A stretch of 64,000 bases of DNA from an uncultured Alphaproteobacteria bacterium (GTDB lineage Bacteria; Pseudomonadota; Alphaproteobacteria; Sphingomonadales; Sphingomonadaceae), in the NCBI GenBank assembly GCA_963722545.1, contig CAVRMK010000001.1:94391-158390 (forward strand), given 5' to 3'. Positions 8,421 to 18,389 of the stretch are shown piece after piece. The translations under genes were made by a program, and so were the position numbers. The notes beneath the pieces are model-generated. The model did not search any database and was not told where the DNA came from. It saw only the letters and a list, made by a program, of their open reading frames with translations. Positions within the stretch are counted from its first letter, which is position 1, and every line of letters starts with the position of its first letter.

Positions 8421-10120
8421 GCGCCGCCGTCGGTCCAGCCGGTCCAGCCGGGCCCGCGGATCACGCGGCCGGGCTTGGCGCCGGTGTGCTTGCCGTCCCT
8501 CACCACCTGCGTGCCGTTGACGAATACGTCGCTGACGCCGGTGGCGAGCTGCTGCGGCTTCTCGAACGTCGCATGGTCCTGGATCGTGGCCGGATCGAAC
8601 ACCACGACGTCGGCATAATAGCCAGGCCTCAGCACCCCCCGGCCGCGGATTTTGAGGTTGGTCGCCGGAAGCCAGGTCAGGCGGTGGATGGCGTCGGCGA
8701 GCGTGGTCGATTTTTCGTCACGGACATATTTGCCGAGCAGGCGCGCGACGTTGCCGTAGGCGCGAGGGTGAGTTGAAGATTTGAGGAACACGCCCTCGGG
8801 AACCGCGGCCTCGGCGTCGCTTCCGAAACTCATCCACGGCTGCGCGGTGGCTTTCCGGACATTATCCTCGCTCATCAGGAAATAGGCCGTGCCGACGCGC
8901 GAGCCGTCCTCGATGACGAGGTCGATCGCCGTATCCTCGATGCTCGTCCCGCGCATCTTCGCGACCTCGGCCAGTGTTTTGCCGGTCAAGGGCTTGAGCT
9001 TCTCATTCTTGAAGCCGAGGAACAGCACGCGGCTCGGATCGCCCGCGAGCTGGAGGAGGCTTTCCCATCCCTTTGCGGGCGCGCGCATCTCGGCGATCAC
9101 CCGGGCGCGGATCTCGGGCTTCTTCAGGTTTGCGATCCACTTCTCGAGCCCGCCGGCCTGGACCCATAGCGGCATGGCCGCGTCCAGTCCGGTGGCGCCC
9201 GCGGTATAGGTATACATGTCGGCGGTGATCTTGAGCCCTTGCGCGCGGGCCTTCTCGACCTGCGCGACGGCGGTGTCATATTTGCCCCAATTGGCCTCGC
9301 CCGCCTGCTTGAAATGGTAGATTTCGGCCGGCGCGCCGGAGTCGCGGCTGATGCTGATCAATTCGTCGATCGCTTCGTTCAGCCGGTCGGCCTCCGAGCG
9401 CATGTGGCTGATGTACATGCCGCCACATTTGCCGGCTTCGGCGGTGATCGCGATCAGCTCAGGGGTCTCTGCATAATTGGCGGGAGCGTAAATCAGCGAC
9501 GAGCCGACGCCCATCGCGCCTTCCTTCATCGCTGCGCGGACCAGCGCCTTCATCCGCGCCAACTGCTCCGCAGTAGGATCGACGTCGGCCTCGCCGAGCT
9601 CGTGGATCCGCACCGTGGTCGCGCCGATGAACGAGGCGACGTTGGGCGACACGCCCTTCTTTTCTAGGAATTCGAGATACTCGCCGAGCGTGGTCCATTT
9701 GATCGGATATTTTATGTCGCCCTGGCGCTTCTTCTCATTGGCCTTCATCGCGGCGTTCCACGGTCCCATCGAATTGCCCTCGCCGAAAACTTCGAGGGTG
9801 ACGCCCTGGACGAGGTCGCCTACCCCGCGGCCGTCCTCGATCAGGCTGTCGACGGCCCAGCTGAGCATGTTGATGAAGCCGGGCGATACGGCCTTTCCGG
9901 TGGCGTTGACGATTTTGGCCGCTTCGCCCGGAGCCCTGGGACCGACATAGACGATCTTGTCGTCCTTTAACGCGACGTCGCCGATGATCGGGTGGTCGCC
10001 TGAGCCGTCGAAGATCGTCCCGCCGCGGATCACAACCGAATAATCGGGGGCGGCGAGCGCCGCTGCCGGAAGCCCCGCCACCAACAAAGCGACGGCGAAC
10101 GCGCGAAACCTCATCATCAT
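8408..10120 (-). CDS. N-acyl-D-amino-acid deacylase (amidohydrolase), exported
   Basis: Signal peptide MMMRFRAF; VSPGFINM, YISHMRSE, FGSD, HPRAYG and ADVVVFDP motifs. Confidence 0.9.
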   Translation of the reverse strand: MMMRFRAFAVALLVAGLPAAALAAPDYSVVIRGGTIFDGSGDHPIIGDVALKDDKIVYVGPRAPGEAAKIVNATGKAVSPGFINMLSWAVDSLIEDGRGVGDLVQGVTLEVFGEGNSMGPWNAAMKANEKKRQGDIKYPIKWTTLGEYLEFLEKKGVSPNVASFIGATTVRIHELGEADVDPTAEQLARMKALVRAAMKEGAMGVGSSLIYAPANYAETPELIAITAEAGKCGGMYISHMRSEADRLNEAIDELISISRDSGAPAEIYHFKQAGEANWGKYDTAVAQVEKARAQGLKITADMYTYTAGATGLDAAMPLWVQAGGLEKWIANLKKPEIRARVIAEMRAPAKGWESLLQLAGDPSRVLFLGFKNEKLKPLTGKTLAEVAKMRGTSIEDTAIDLVIEDGSRVGTAYFLMSEDNVRKATAQPWMSFGSDAEAAVPEGVFLKSSTHPRAYGNVARLLGKYVRDEKSTTLADAIHRLTWLPATNLKIRGRGVLRPGYYADVVVFDPATIQDHATFEKPQQLATGVSDVFVNGTQVVRDGKHTGAKPGRVIRGPGWTGWTDGGACKE

Positions 10121-10175
10121 CCCCCTTTCAAGACTGAGGGAGACTGCCCTAAGTCGGTGGTGGACGCCACATCTG

Positions 10176-11000
10176 TTGGGGGCTGAATTGCGAATCGCGG
10201 TCGTCGCACCAAGCTGCACGTTGAGCCGAGAGGCAGCGGACCGTCTGGGCGAGATTGTCGAGCGGCGTGGCGATTGCGAGGTCCGCGTGCACCCGCAATG
10301 CTTTCTTTCCGACGGTCATTTTGCGGGCTCAGATGCCGAGAGGCTTGCGGCGCTTCGCGAGGCCATGGCCGATCCCGACGTAGATGCACTCTGGTTCGCG
10401 CGTGGCGGCTATGGCTCGAACCGGATTGCCGAGGCGGCTCTGCGGGAACTTCCCGGCACGGCCCGCGACAAGCTCTACATGGGCTATAGCGATGCCGGAT
10501 TCCTTCACGCCGGTCTCGACCGTGCTGGTCTTGAGGCAGTGTGGGGACCGATGCCGCAGGACCTGGTACGCGAAGGCGGGGAGGCGGCTGTCGAGCGCGC
10601 CCTCGATTGGCTGGTCCGCCGCGATCCCGCTTCGCTTGAACCTGGTCTCGACGGGCCGGCAATGGCGTTCAACCTCACCGTGCTCTCAAGTCTGTTGGGA
10701 ACCCCGCTCGAGCCCGACCTTGGCGGCATGGACCTGCTGATCGAGGATGTCGGCGAGCATCACTATCGGCTCGACCGCACGATGTTCCACCTGACGTCGA
10801 GTGCGAACGTTCGGGGAGTCCGCCGAATTCGCCTCGGCCGGGTCAGCGACATTCCCGCAAACCACCCCGGATTCGGCGCCGAGGACGAGGAGATCGTGCG
10901 CGACTGGTGCGCTCGGTCCGGGGTGGATTTTGGCGGCCGCGCGGACATCGGCCATGATTCGGACAATAAGGTCGTCCCGTTTCGACGCGGAGCGGACTGA
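10176..11000 (+). CDS. LD-carboxypeptidase (peptidase S66)
   Basis: VVAPS, ARGGYGS, GYSD (catalytic Ser), IEDVGE and IGH motifs. Confidence 0.9.
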   Translation: MGAELRIAVVAPSCTLSREAADRLGEIVERRGDCEVRVHPQCFLSDGHFAGSDAERLAALREAMADPDVDALWFARGGYGSNRIAEAALRELPGTARDKLYMGYSDAGFLHAGLDRAGLEAVWGPMPQDLVREGGEAAVERALDWLVRRDPASLEPGLDGPAMAFNLTVLSSLLGTPLEPDLGGMDLLIEDVGEHHYRLDRTMFHLTSSANVRGVRRIRLGRVSDIPANHPGFGAEDEEIVRDWCARSGVDFGGRADIGHDSDNKVVPFRRGAD

Positions 11001-11073
11001 GCCAGGGCTTTCGATCCCCTTGCACTGGAGGCGCAGTTGCGCTCTACCGGAGAGGGAACAACAGGAGGGCCTG

Positions 11074-11343
11074 ATGGCACAAGGGAGTGGTCGTAAAGCT
11101 GGGGGCGGGTTAGCTCGTCCGGTTCAACCGTCGGCGGATCTCGCTGCGATCTGCGGGAGCGACCCGCTTCCGCGCAGCCAGGTGGTTTCGAAAATGTGGG
11201 ATCACATTCGCAAGAACAACCTGCAAAATCCGCAAAACAAAAGGGAAATCCTGGCCGACGACAAGCTGAAAAAGATCTTTGGGGGCAAGGATCGAGTCAG
11301 CATGTTCGAGATGAACAAGCATCTGTCGAACCACCTGAAATAG
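11074..11343 (+). CDS. Stand-alone SWIB/MDM2-domain protein
   Basis: GGAGG RBS; PSADLAAICG...RSQVVSKMWDHIRKNNLQNPQNKREILADDKL. Confidence 0.92.
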   Translation: MAQGSGRKAGGGLARPVQPSADLAAICGSDPLPRSQVVSKMWDHIRKNNLQNPQNKREILADDKLKKIFGGKDRVSMFEMNKHLSNHLK

Positions 11344-11367
11344 GGTTCGATCTTCGACCTGACCAAG

Positions 11368-11397
11368 AGGGGGTCCGCGCCGCGGGCCCCCTTTTCT
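11368..11397 (+). terminator. Rho-independent terminator
   Basis: GC stem (GGGGGTCCGCG / CGCGGGCCCCC) followed by TTTTCT. Confidence 0.75.
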
Positions 11398-11428
11398 CAT
11401 GGGGAAAGGCCGCGACTCGGGCGGTCGC

Positions 11429-12169
11429 TCAGCCCCGCCATAGGCCGTCGAGCCGCTCCTCGGTCACCGGAAAGCCCAGATTGCGCGGAATCGTGATGAA
11501 CTTTTCACCGTCGCGCTCCTCGACCCAGGGCGTGATCGGCTCGATCGGGTGAGCCGCCGCGTCGGCGCGGATCGACTTGAAGCTGGAATGCAAGGCGAGC
11601 CGCTCGAGCGTTCGCCGGGTCGGGAAGATGAGCCGCGCCGATCCGTTCCCCTCGCGTTCAAGGACATCCGCGGGGGCAACCCACTCGGCCGCAGCGCACT
11701 CGCCTTCAACCACTCGCGGCTGCCAATCCCCGGTGGGCGCAGCCGCAACGAAGAACACGGTGTCGAACCGCCGCACGGCGTGGAATTTGGGCACCCAGCG
11801 GGCAAACCGGACAAGCGCTCCGGGATCGAGCTCCAGCTGATGCTCGTCGAGCAGATCCGCGAGCGGCCGGTTGGCGAGCAGTTGCGATTGCAGCTCTTGG
11901 GCTAGCGCCGGGTCCGGTTGCGGCGAGAGCCCGGCCGGGATCGCCGTCTCCTCGATCGCTTCCCGAACCGCGGCGACCAGTGCCGCCTCGAGCCCCAGCC
12001 GATCGGCGAAATGCCGGTCGGCATCGTCGATCCGTCCCCCGGGAAAGACCATCGCCCCGGCGGCGAAGGCCATATCGCCGGAGCGCTCGACCATCAGCAC
12101 CTCGCACCCGCCGGACAGGCGGTCACGGACGAGGATGACCGTCGCCGCCGGGATCGGCGCGTCGCTCAC
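11429..12169 (-). CDS. NUDIX hydrolase (NUDT19-like)
   Basis: AATVIL, VFPGGRID, AAVREAIEETAI, RRFDTVFF and IFPT motifs. Confidence 0.88.
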   Translation of the reverse strand: MSDAPIPAATVILVRDRLSGGCEVLMVERSGDMAFAAGAMVFPGGRIDDADRHFADRLGLEAALVAAVREAIEETAIPAGLSPQPDPALAQELQSQLLANRPLADLLDEHQLELDPGALVRFARWVPKFHAVRRFDTVFFVAAAPTGDWQPRVVEGECAAAEWVAPADVLEREGNGSARLIFPTRRTLERLALHSSFKSIRADAAAHPIEPITPWVEERDGEKFITIPRNLGFPVTEERLDGLWRG

Positions 12170-12181
12170 CGGAGCGGCGGC

Positions 12182-12442
12182 TTACATTCCGGCGACGTTT
12201 TGCTCCTGGGCGTCGCTCGGGCTGACATTATCTTCGGCCGCCGGCGCATTCTCGAGCTGGTTGAGCTGGTCGCCCAGCGCCGCCGCCTCGGCATTGGCGG
12301 CATCGTTAGCGGCGTCGCTCGCCATCTGGTTGAGCTCGTCGGCCGTAGGCTCGTTGGTCGCCGCATTATCGGCGTCGCCTCCGCCGCTGCACGCGGCAAG
12401 GGCCAAAGTGGCGCCGGCAAGGGCGAAAATCAGCTTGTTCAT
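12182..12442 (-). CDS. Small Ala/Asn-rich lipoprotein
   Basis: Lipobox LAAC; low-complexity tail; possible EcfG-type GGAAC-N16-GTT on the minus strand at 12495-12518. Confidence 0.75.
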   Translation of the reverse strand: MNKLIFALAGATLALAACSGGGDADNAATNEPTADELNQMASDAANDAANAEAAALGDQLNQLENAPAAEDNVSPSDAQEQNVAGM

Positions 12443-12593
12443 GGTCGTTCCGCTTCCTTCGCAAGTTTTCGGAAAAAATGACGCCTGGAAGACTAACAGC
12501 GAAGCGGCGCAAAGTTCCAGCCCGAATGATGGCACTTGGCCTCACGGGTTGAGATTTGGCCTCCGAATGCCTATTTTCCATGGTGCCGGGCAA

Positions 12594-12950
12594 CCGGCTA
12601 TGTCGGTAGACTGTTGAGTGGAATAAGCACTTCGGACCCGGGGGGCAGTACCCCGGCGCCTCCACCATCAGCAGCGTGACTGCTCACGCGACGCGGGGGC
12701 ACGCTGCTGATGATGGGGGCGAAATAGGATCGACGGGTGCGGTAAAGGCTCGATTGCCGATCGGTATGGATGCCACCGTGACGGCTCAAACACACAAGTG
12801 CCAACGATAATGAGGCGCTCGCTCTTGCTGCGTAACTGACGGCCTAACGGCCAGACGTTACAAGGCTAAAGCGCGGTTGGACCCCACCGGGCAACAGAAG
12901 GGGATTCCAGCGGTTCGGGGAGCACCGGGCAACAGAAGCTCCCCACTTTT
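12594..12950 (+). ncRNA. ssrA: Permuted two-piece tmRNA
   Basis: Acceptor piece ends CGCCTCCACCA (12667); hairpin intervening segment; coding piece starts GGGGGCGAAATAGGATCGAC (12715) with G3-U pair; tag ANDNEALALAA-stop at 12800-12835; outer ends approximate. Confidence 0.95.
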
Positions 12951-13064
12951 CCTTATTTCATGGCGCTGCCGGCGGTCCGTTCGTCGATTGGTCAACTCGG
13001 CCCTTGCGCACTCCTCCCCCGCTCGGCCACAGCGCGAGCCACACCCGAGGGGAGTATCCAAGAG

Positions 13065-15116
13065 ATGATGTTTGCCCACCGCATTGCGGCCCTTGCCCTG
13101 CTGGCCGGCGTTTCCGCCGCCTCGATCGCCGCCCCGGTTCCGAAGGAACAGCTTCTGGTTCCGCCGTCCAACGCGGCCCATTATGTGGTGGTGTCGGTGG
13201 CCGGCAAGCACGGCGACCAATGGGTCTGGACTCAGCCGGACGGGTCGATCGCCTCGCGCTATTCGCAATCGCTTCGCGGTTGGATCACCGAAGTCGATGA
13301 AGTCATGACACTCGGCCCCGACGGCCTGCCGACCGCGATCACGATTCGCGGCCTGACGCCCAGCGGCGATGCCGCCGAGACCTTCGCTCTGACGAACGGC
13401 AAGGCGGTGTGGAAAGCGGCGGCGGACAGCGGCGAGATCCCCGCCTTGCCGGCCTTCTACCTCGCCACCGGCGGGACCGACATGGCCGACATCCCGCTGG
13501 TCGCCAAGCTGGTCGAGGCCGGCAGCAAGGGCGTGGCTCTCCTCCCGAGCGGCCGCGCTACGCTGGAGAAAGGCCCGACGTTCAGCATCAAGGGACCGAG
13601 CGGCCCGAAGACGGTCCAGCTGGCGTGGATCCGCGGGCTGGCTCCGTCGCCGACCCCGATCTGGCTCGACACCGACGGCAAATATTTCGCCGAGGTCAGC
13701 CACATCTCGATCATGCCGACGGGATACGAAGGCAATGTCCGGGCGATGCTCGATTTCCAGGACGCCGAGACTGCCAAGGCGGTTCGCTCGATTGCGCACC
13801 AGTTCCGCAATGGTGTGGCCCGCGCGCCGGTGCTGTTCGACAATGTGCGCCTGTTCGACGCCGACAAGGGCGTGTTTGTCGAGAACCGGGCGGTCCTGGT
13901 GATGGACGGCAAGGTCAAGGCGATCGTCGCCGCCGGCTCGATTTCCCCGCCGCCGAACGTCCGCGTGATCGATGGGCGCGGCAAGACGCTTGTCCCCGGA
14001 CTATGGGACAGCCACTTGCACATCGGCGACGACTGGAATGTGCTTGCCAATTTGGCGACCGGCATCACCAGCTTCCGGAGCCCCGGCACCGACATCGAGC
14101 GCGCGGTCGACGCCGTAAAGCGCCGCAACTCCGGCGATCTGTTGATGGGCGAACCTTTCGTCGCGCACATCATCGACCAGAAGCATCCGCTGGCGGCGCA
14201 GGGTGCCGAGGTCGTGTCGAGCCAGGCCGAGGCGATTGCCGCGGTTCGCAAATTCAAGGACGCCGGCCTGTGGGGAGTCAAATTCTACACATCGATGAAT
14301 CCGGAGTGGATCGCGCCCGCGGCTGCCGAGGCGCATCGGCTCGGGCTCCAGGTGCTCGGCCATATTCCGGCGAAGATGCGCCCGCTCGACGCGGTCAAGG
14401 CCGGTTATGACGAGATCACCCACATCAACTTCGTGATGATGCAGTTCATGCCGCAGGACGTCGTCGACCGCGCGAATACCGCGCAGCGCCTCGAAGGCCC
14501 GGCGAAGTTCGGCAAGGACGTCGACCTCAATTCCGCCGAGGCCCGCGCCTTCATTGCCGAACTGGCCAAGCGCAAGACGGTAATCGATCCCACGCTTGTC
14601 GTTTGGGAAGCGTCGATGGAATCGGACGGCGGAGTACCGGCGGACGCCTACGCGCCCTATATGGGCATCCTGTCGCCGTCCTACGACCGCTATTTCAAGT
14701 CGGGCGGCTATCCCGTCGTCGAGGGCTATAGCCGCGACGATTATCGCAAGAGCTTTGCCAAGCTGGTCGAGCTGGTCGGGGCGATGCACGACGCGGGAAT
14801 CACCATCGTCGCAGGCACCGACGGATACGGCATCGAGCTGGTCCGCGAGCTCGAGCTCTACAAGGAGGCGGGGATGACCAACGCCGAGGCCCTGCAGACC
14901 GCGACCATCGTCCCCGCACGACGCGTCGGAGGCGATGTGGCCACGCGCACCGGATCGATCGCAGTCGGGAAGGAAGCCGACATGATCCTGGTCGACGGTG
15001 ACGTGTCGCAGGATCTCGGGGCGCTCCGCCGGGTCGATGTCGTGGTCAGTGACGGCTACGTGATGGACGGCGATGCCCTGCGCAAGGCGGCGGGCTTCTC
15101 CGGCAAACCCAAATAG
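13065..15116 (+). CDS. Exported amidohydrolase family protein
   Basis: Signal peptide; [25 protein letters not shown] and [11 protein letters not shown] motifs. Confidence 0.88.
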   Translation: MMFAHRIAALALLAGVSAASIAAPVPKEQLLVPPSNAAHYVVVSVAGKHGDQWVWTQPDGSIASRYSQSLRGWITEVDEVMTLGPDGLPTAITIRGLTPSGDAAETFALTNGKAVWKAAADSGEIPALPAFYLATGGTDMADIPLVAKLVEAGSKGVALLPSGRATLEKGPTFSIKGPSGPKTVQLAWIRGLAPSPTPIWLDTDGKYFAEVSHISIMPTGYEGNVRAMLDFQDAETAKAVRSIAHQFRNGVARAPVLFDNVRLFDADKGVFVENRAVLVMDGKVKAIVAAGSISPPPNVRVIDGRGKTLVPGLWDSHLHIGDDWNVLANLATGITSFRSPGTDIERAVDAVKRRNSGDLLMGEPFVAHIIDQKHPLAAQGAEVVSSQAEAIAAVRKFKDAGLWGVKFYTSMNPEWIAPAAAEAHRLGLQVLGHIPAKMRPLDAVKAGYDEITHINFVMMQFMPQDVVDRANTAQRLEGPAKFGKDVDLNSAEARAFIAELAKRKTVIDPTLVVWEASMESDGGVPADAYAPYMGILSPSYDRYFKSGGYPVVEGYSRDDYRKSFAKLVELVGAMHDAGITIVAGTDGYGIELVRELELYKEAGMTNAEALQTATIVPARRVGGDVATRTGSIAVGKEADMILVDGDVSQDLGALRRVDVVVSDGYVMDGDALRKAAGFSGKPK

Positions 15117-15118
15117 GA

Positions 15119-15539
15119 TCAGCGGCGGCGGAGCTCGTCGCGGATTTCGGTCAGAAGCTCGACCTCGCTCGGCCCCGCCAGCGGGTCCTCGCGGCGCGTG
15201 ATCCGGTTGGCGGCCCTGACCATAAGGAAGATGATCCACGCAGAGAATCAGGAAATTGATCAGCACGGTGACGAACTGACCCCAGCCGAGTACCGCGACG
15301 CCGGCCGTCTTGAGATCGGCATAGCTTTGCGGATTGCCCGTGAAGCCGTCGGGGATCGGCCCGAGCAGGACGAAATAGTTTGAGAAATCCAGGCCTCCGA
15401 AGATCGCGCCGACCAGCGGCATGATCAGGTCTTCGGTGAGGCTGGTGGTGATGGTCGCGAAGGCCGCTCCGATGATCACCGCGACCGCGAGGTCGAGCAC
15501 GTTGCCGCGCGCGATGAACGCCCGGAATTCGCTGAACAT
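15119..15539 (-). CDS. mscL: Large-conductance mechanosensitive channel (apparent +1 frameshift near 15243)
   Basis: [27 protein letters not shown]; removing one base restores [13 protein letters not shown]...[13 protein letters not shown]-stop. Confidence 0.92.
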
Positions 15540-15663
15540 CGGTCCCCTCCTGTCTTGATGTCGCGCATGCAGCCTATCACGCTTGGATTCGATTGAAAGC
15601 GGTGGACTCCGGCCCTACTTCGCTCGTTTCGGGGCCGCTGCCCAGGTTGAAGGGGATTTTCCG

Positions 15664-16263
15664 ATGAACCAGTTTCACCGTCTCGGCCTGCTTGCGCCGA
15701 TTGCCGCCGTCAGCCTGTCGGGCTGCGGGCTCAACAGCGTCCCGACCGCCGAGGAGCAAGTCAATGCCGCCTGGGGCAATCTGCAAAGCGAATATCAGCG
15801 CCGCGCCGACCTCGTTCCGAACCTCGTCAACACGGTCAAGGGCTATGCCCAGCAGGAGCGCTCGGTCTTGACCGAGGTAACCGAGGCGCGCGCGCGGGCG
15901 ACCAGCATCCAGCTCAATGCCGACGATCTCAGCGATCCCGCCAAGGTCCAGGCGTTCAATAATGCCCAGTCGCAGCTCGGCGGCTCGCTCGGGCGCTTGC
16001 TCGCGACGTTCGAGGCCTATCCCGACCTCAAGTCGAATGAGAATTTCCTGACCCTGCAGAGCCAGCTCGAGGGGACCGAGAACCAGATCCGCGTCGCTCG
16101 CCGTGACTATAACGAAAGCGTCCGCGCCTATAATACGCGAATCCGCACCTTCCCCGACGCGATCGGCGCGAAAATCTTCTACGGCGCCAAGCCCAAGGTC
16201 CCGTTCGAGGCCGCGGCCGAGGCCCAGGCCGCGCCCAAGGTCGAATTCAACACCGCCGGCTAA
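15664..16263 (+). CDS. lemA: LemA family lipoprotein
   Basis: Lipobox LSGC; YQRRADLVPNLV, YPDLKSNENF and LEGTENQI motifs. Confidence 0.92.
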   Translation: MNQFHRLGLLAPIAAVSLSGCGLNSVPTAEEQVNAAWGNLQSEYQRRADLVPNLVNTVKGYAQQERSVLTEVTEARARATSIQLNADDLSDPAKVQAFNNAQSQLGGSLGRLLATFEAYPDLKSNENFLTLQSQLEGTENQIRVARRDYNESVRAYNTRIRTFPDAIGAKIFYGAKPKVPFEAAAEAQAAPKVEFNTAG

Positions 16264-16264
16264 T

Positions 16265-17101
16265 ATGGTCCGGCTCCTCGCCGTCCTGGGGCTGGCGCTT
16301 CTGGCGCTGGCCCAGCCGGTCTCCGCGGCGCCCAAGTTCCCGCCGCTGACCGGCCTGGTGGTCGACGAGGCACACTTGCTCTCGGCCGCGCAGGTGGTCG
16401 ACCTGACCAGCAAGTCCGAGGCGCTCGAGGCGAGCTCGGGACGGCAACTGGTGATCGCGACGATCCCCAGCCTCGAAGGGCTCACGATCGAGGATTACGG
16501 CTATCAGCTCGGCCGTCACTGGAGGATCGGCGCGGAGAAGGCCGACGACGGGGTGATCCTCATCGTCGCCCCCAACGAGCGCAAGGTCCGCATCGAAACC
16601 GGCTATGGCGCCACCACCTTCCTCACCGACGCCATGTCGTCGATCATCATCCGCAATTCCATCCTGCCGCATTTCCGCAAGGACCCGCCCGATTACGGCG
16701 CCGGGATCGTCGCCGGAGCCGACCAGATCATCCGGCAGATGAGCCTTCCCGCCGACGAGGCCGCTCGTCGCCTCGAGCAGGCCGAGGCCCGCCAGCGCGA
16801 AAGCCGCGACGACAGCCCGGGCCTGATCCCGGTCTTGTTCTGGATGGTGGTCATCCTGTTCGTCATTGGCGCGATGTTCAAAGGCGCCGGCGGCCGACGC
16901 TACCGTTCGCAGCGCGGCGGGATCAGCCCGTGGATCGTGCTGTGGGGCCTCAACGAGCTGAGCCGGGGGTCGCACCGCGGCGGCTGGGGCGGAGGCGGTG
17001 GCTTTGGCGGCGGAAGCTGGGGCGGCGGCGGTTTTGGCGGAGGCGGATTCTCTGGCGGCGGAGGCTCATTCGGCGGCGGCGGAGCATCGGGCTCATGGTG
17101 A
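16265..17101 (+). CDS. TPM-domain (YgcG-like) membrane protein
   Basis: VVDEAHLL, QLVIATI and ERKVRIETGYG motifs; Gly-rich tail ending GGGGASGSW. Confidence 0.9.
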   Translation: MVRLLAVLGLALLALAQPVSAAPKFPPLTGLVVDEAHLLSAAQVVDLTSKSEALEASSGRQLVIATIPSLEGLTIEDYGYQLGRHWRIGAEKADDGVILIVAPNERKVRIETGYGATTFLTDAMSSIIIRNSILPHFRKDPPDYGAGIVAGADQIIRQMSLPADEAARRLEQAEARQRESRDDSPGLIPVLFWMVVILFVIGAMFKGAGGRRYRSQRGGISPWIVLWGLNELSRGSHRGGWGGGGGFGGGSWGGGGFGGGGFSGGGGSFGGGGASGSW

Positions 17102-17772
17102 GGCAATTGAGCGAGGCCGACCATGACCGGGTCAGCGCGGCGATCGCCACGGCCGAAGCCGGGACCGCGGGCGAGATCGTCGCGGTCGCGACCCCGATCA
17201 GCGACAGCTATCACGACGTCGCGCTCCACTGGGCGATTGCTGTGCTTTTGCTGGTTCTCGCCTGGGCGGCGTGGCGCCCGGACTGGCTGCTGTGGTGGTA
17301 TGAGCGGCTGATCTCCGGCTGGCAGGTCGAGCCGAGCCTCGGCCAACTTCTAACCTTCCTGATGCTGCTCGCGGTGGTGAAGTTCACCGCGATCCTGCTG
17401 GTTCTCAAGTATCTCCCGCTTCGACTGGCCCTGACTCCGGGCGCGACCAAGCATCGCCGAGTCCGCCGGCGGGCGGTGGTCGTGTTCAAGGCCGCGGCCG
17501 AGCGCCGCACCTCGGGGCGGACCGGGATCCTCATCTATCTGTCGATGGCCGAACATCGCGCCGAGATCGTCGCCGACGAGGCGATCCTCAATGTGACCGA
17601 CGCTTCGACCTGGGGCGAGGCGATGGCGGCACTGCTCGAGGCGGTCCGCGAAGGCCGGGTCGCCGACGGGCTGGTCGCCGCGGTCGAGCGGGTCGGAGTC
17701 GTTCTGGCCGAGCATTTCCCGCGCTCGGCCGAAGACCGCAACGAAATCCCCGACAAGCTGATCGAGCTATGA
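17095..17772 (+). CDS. TPM-domain membrane protein
   Basis: AEAGTAGEIV, RTGILIYLS and NEIPD motifs; usual LemA operon member. Confidence 0.88.
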   Translation: MVRQLSEADHDRVSAAIATAEAGTAGEIVAVATPISDSYHDVALHWAIAVLLLVLAWAAWRPDWLLWWYERLISGWQVEPSLGQLLTFLMLLAVVKFTAILLVLKYLPLRLALTPGATKHRRVRRRAVVVFKAAAERRTSGRTGILIYLSMAEHRAEIVADEAILNVTDASTWGEAMAALLEAVREGRVADGLVAAVERVGVVLAEHFPRSAEDRNEIPDKLIEL

Positions 17773-18284
17773 GCCACAACGAGCCCCGGGTCCTTTGGGA
17801 AGGCAAATATATCCGCGTCCTCGAGGAGGGTCGCTGGCAATATGTCAGCCGCTGCAAGGGCATGACCGCAGTGGTCATCTTCGCCGAATTGGACGGCAAG
17901 GTTCTTTTGATCGAGCAGCATCGCGTGCCAATCGGGAAGCGTTGCGTCGAGCTTCCCGCGGGCCTCGTCGGCGACGAGGACGAGAATGAAGGCGTGCTCG
18001 AGACCGCGGCCAAGGAGCTGCGCGAGGAGACCGGCTTTGAAGCCGAGCAAATCGAGATCCTCGGCGAATTCTTTTCCTCGCCCGGGATGATCTCGGAGAG
18101 CTTCACGTTGGTCCGGGCCACGGGCCTAAGGAAGACCTGCGACGGCGGCGGCAACGAGCATGAGGACATCGTCGTCCACGAGGTCCCGAAGGCGGAGATC
18201 CGCGACTTCATCGCGCGCAAGCGCGGCGAGGACGTCGGGATCGACGCGCGGATCCTCGGACTCGCCGACTTCCTCGGCTGCTGA
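17769..18284 (+). CDS. NUDIX hydrolase (ADP-ribose pyrophosphatase-like)
   Basis: ELPAGLVG...AAKELREETG and SSPG motifs. Confidence 0.9.
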   Translation: MSHNEPRVLWEGKYIRVLEEGRWQYVSRCKGMTAVVIFAELDGKVLLIEQHRVPIGKRCVELPAGLVGDEDENEGVLETAAKELREETGFEAEQIEILGEFFSSPGMISESFTLVRATGLRKTCDGGGNEHEDIVVHEVPKAEIRDFIARKRGEDVGIDARILGLADFLGC

Positions 18285-18389
18285 GGTTCGTCGGCGGTCG
18301 CGACCGTTTGCAGAACCAAGCCTGTGACTCGCCGTTCAAGCGGTCTAGAAGCTCCGGCGATTCGCCAAGATTCACCCAGGGGATTGAAA

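Noticed and set aside
12620-12667. tRNA-like arm ending in CCA as a tRNA gene or prophage att site
   Set aside because: It is the acceptor piece of the permuted tmRNA; no second copy or integrase was seen in the window
16978-17095. GGC-rich tandem repeats
   Set aside because: Encode the normal Gly-rich tail of TPM-domain proteins
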